Source: Coleofasciculus sp. B1-GNL1-01 (lineage in GTDB: Bacteria; Cyanobacteriota; Cyanobacteriia; Cyanobacteriales; Coleofasciculaceae). From it: 64,000 nucleotides of DNA. Numbering within the stretch: the stretch's first letter is position 1; every line of letters starts with the position of its first letter. This document shows positions 63,828 to 64,000 of this stretch, one piece after another. The position numbers were made by a program, and so were the translations under genes. The notes under the pieces are model-generated. The model made no database searches, had not been told where the DNA came from, and saw only the letters and a list, made by a program, of their open reading frames with translations. The stretch is taken from assembly GCA_040220235.1 (NCBI GenBank), contig JAVJTO010000070.1, one strand, 5' to 3'.

Positions 63828-63847
63828 AGTATAACTATAGTTATACT
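63828..63847. promoter_or_regulatory. Perfect 20-bp palindrome, candidate antitoxin operator
   Basis: AGTATAACTATAGTTATACT immediately upstream of the ATG. Confidence 0.65.
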
Positions 63848-63881
63848 CGTAGAGTATCGAATTTTTACAACTAGCGCAATA

Positions 63882-63980
63882 AGCTGTTCGGCATTTAAAC
63901 CTTAATATCAATAACGGCGAAAGCCTTGTAGTGCGAGCATCTTGCTCGCTACTAATACCCAATTTAAATGCATAACAGCT
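63882..63980 (+). mobile_element. 99-bp short variant of the TA-flanked MITE (copy 4)
   Basis: Same ends as the other copies; lacks the 25-bp internal insert. Confidence 0.88.
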
Positions 63981-64000
63981 TAGGTGATACTAAAGACCCT

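Overview
Chromosomal segment of a filamentous cyanobacterium. The assignment is inferred from frequent HIP1 GCGATCGC sites, heptamer tandem repeats and Oscillatoriales-type gene content. It contains a phosphate-scavenging pair (5'-nucleotidase and alkaline phosphatase, both with RTX Ca-binding tails), a CHASE2-cyclase/FHA/CHAT/DUF928 cluster, grxC, a CyRepA1-like primase-helicase and a stress cluster (GlsB/YeaQ, YflT-repeat, BON). It also contains proA, topA, miaB, several TA/defence-like modules (ATPase+TOPRIM pair, DUF4258/YgiT, NACHT, Uma2), a solo tnpB element, a PAS/GAF kinase and an unusual cyclase-CheY-CheC-polyHAMP MCP-CheB operon. Intergenic DNA is dense in REP-like palindromes and MITEs. 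The strongest leads are: a circularly permuted alkaline phosphatase; an unannotated ~55-nt sRNA whose core is complementary to a kinase mRNA leader in the same window; genes bounded by direct REPIN-like repeats in a cassette-like array; REP elements recruited in-frame into proteins; and a PARIS-like two-gene module with a relic duplicate. No rRNA, tRNA or CRISPR array was seen. All family assignments come from motif recognition, not database searches.
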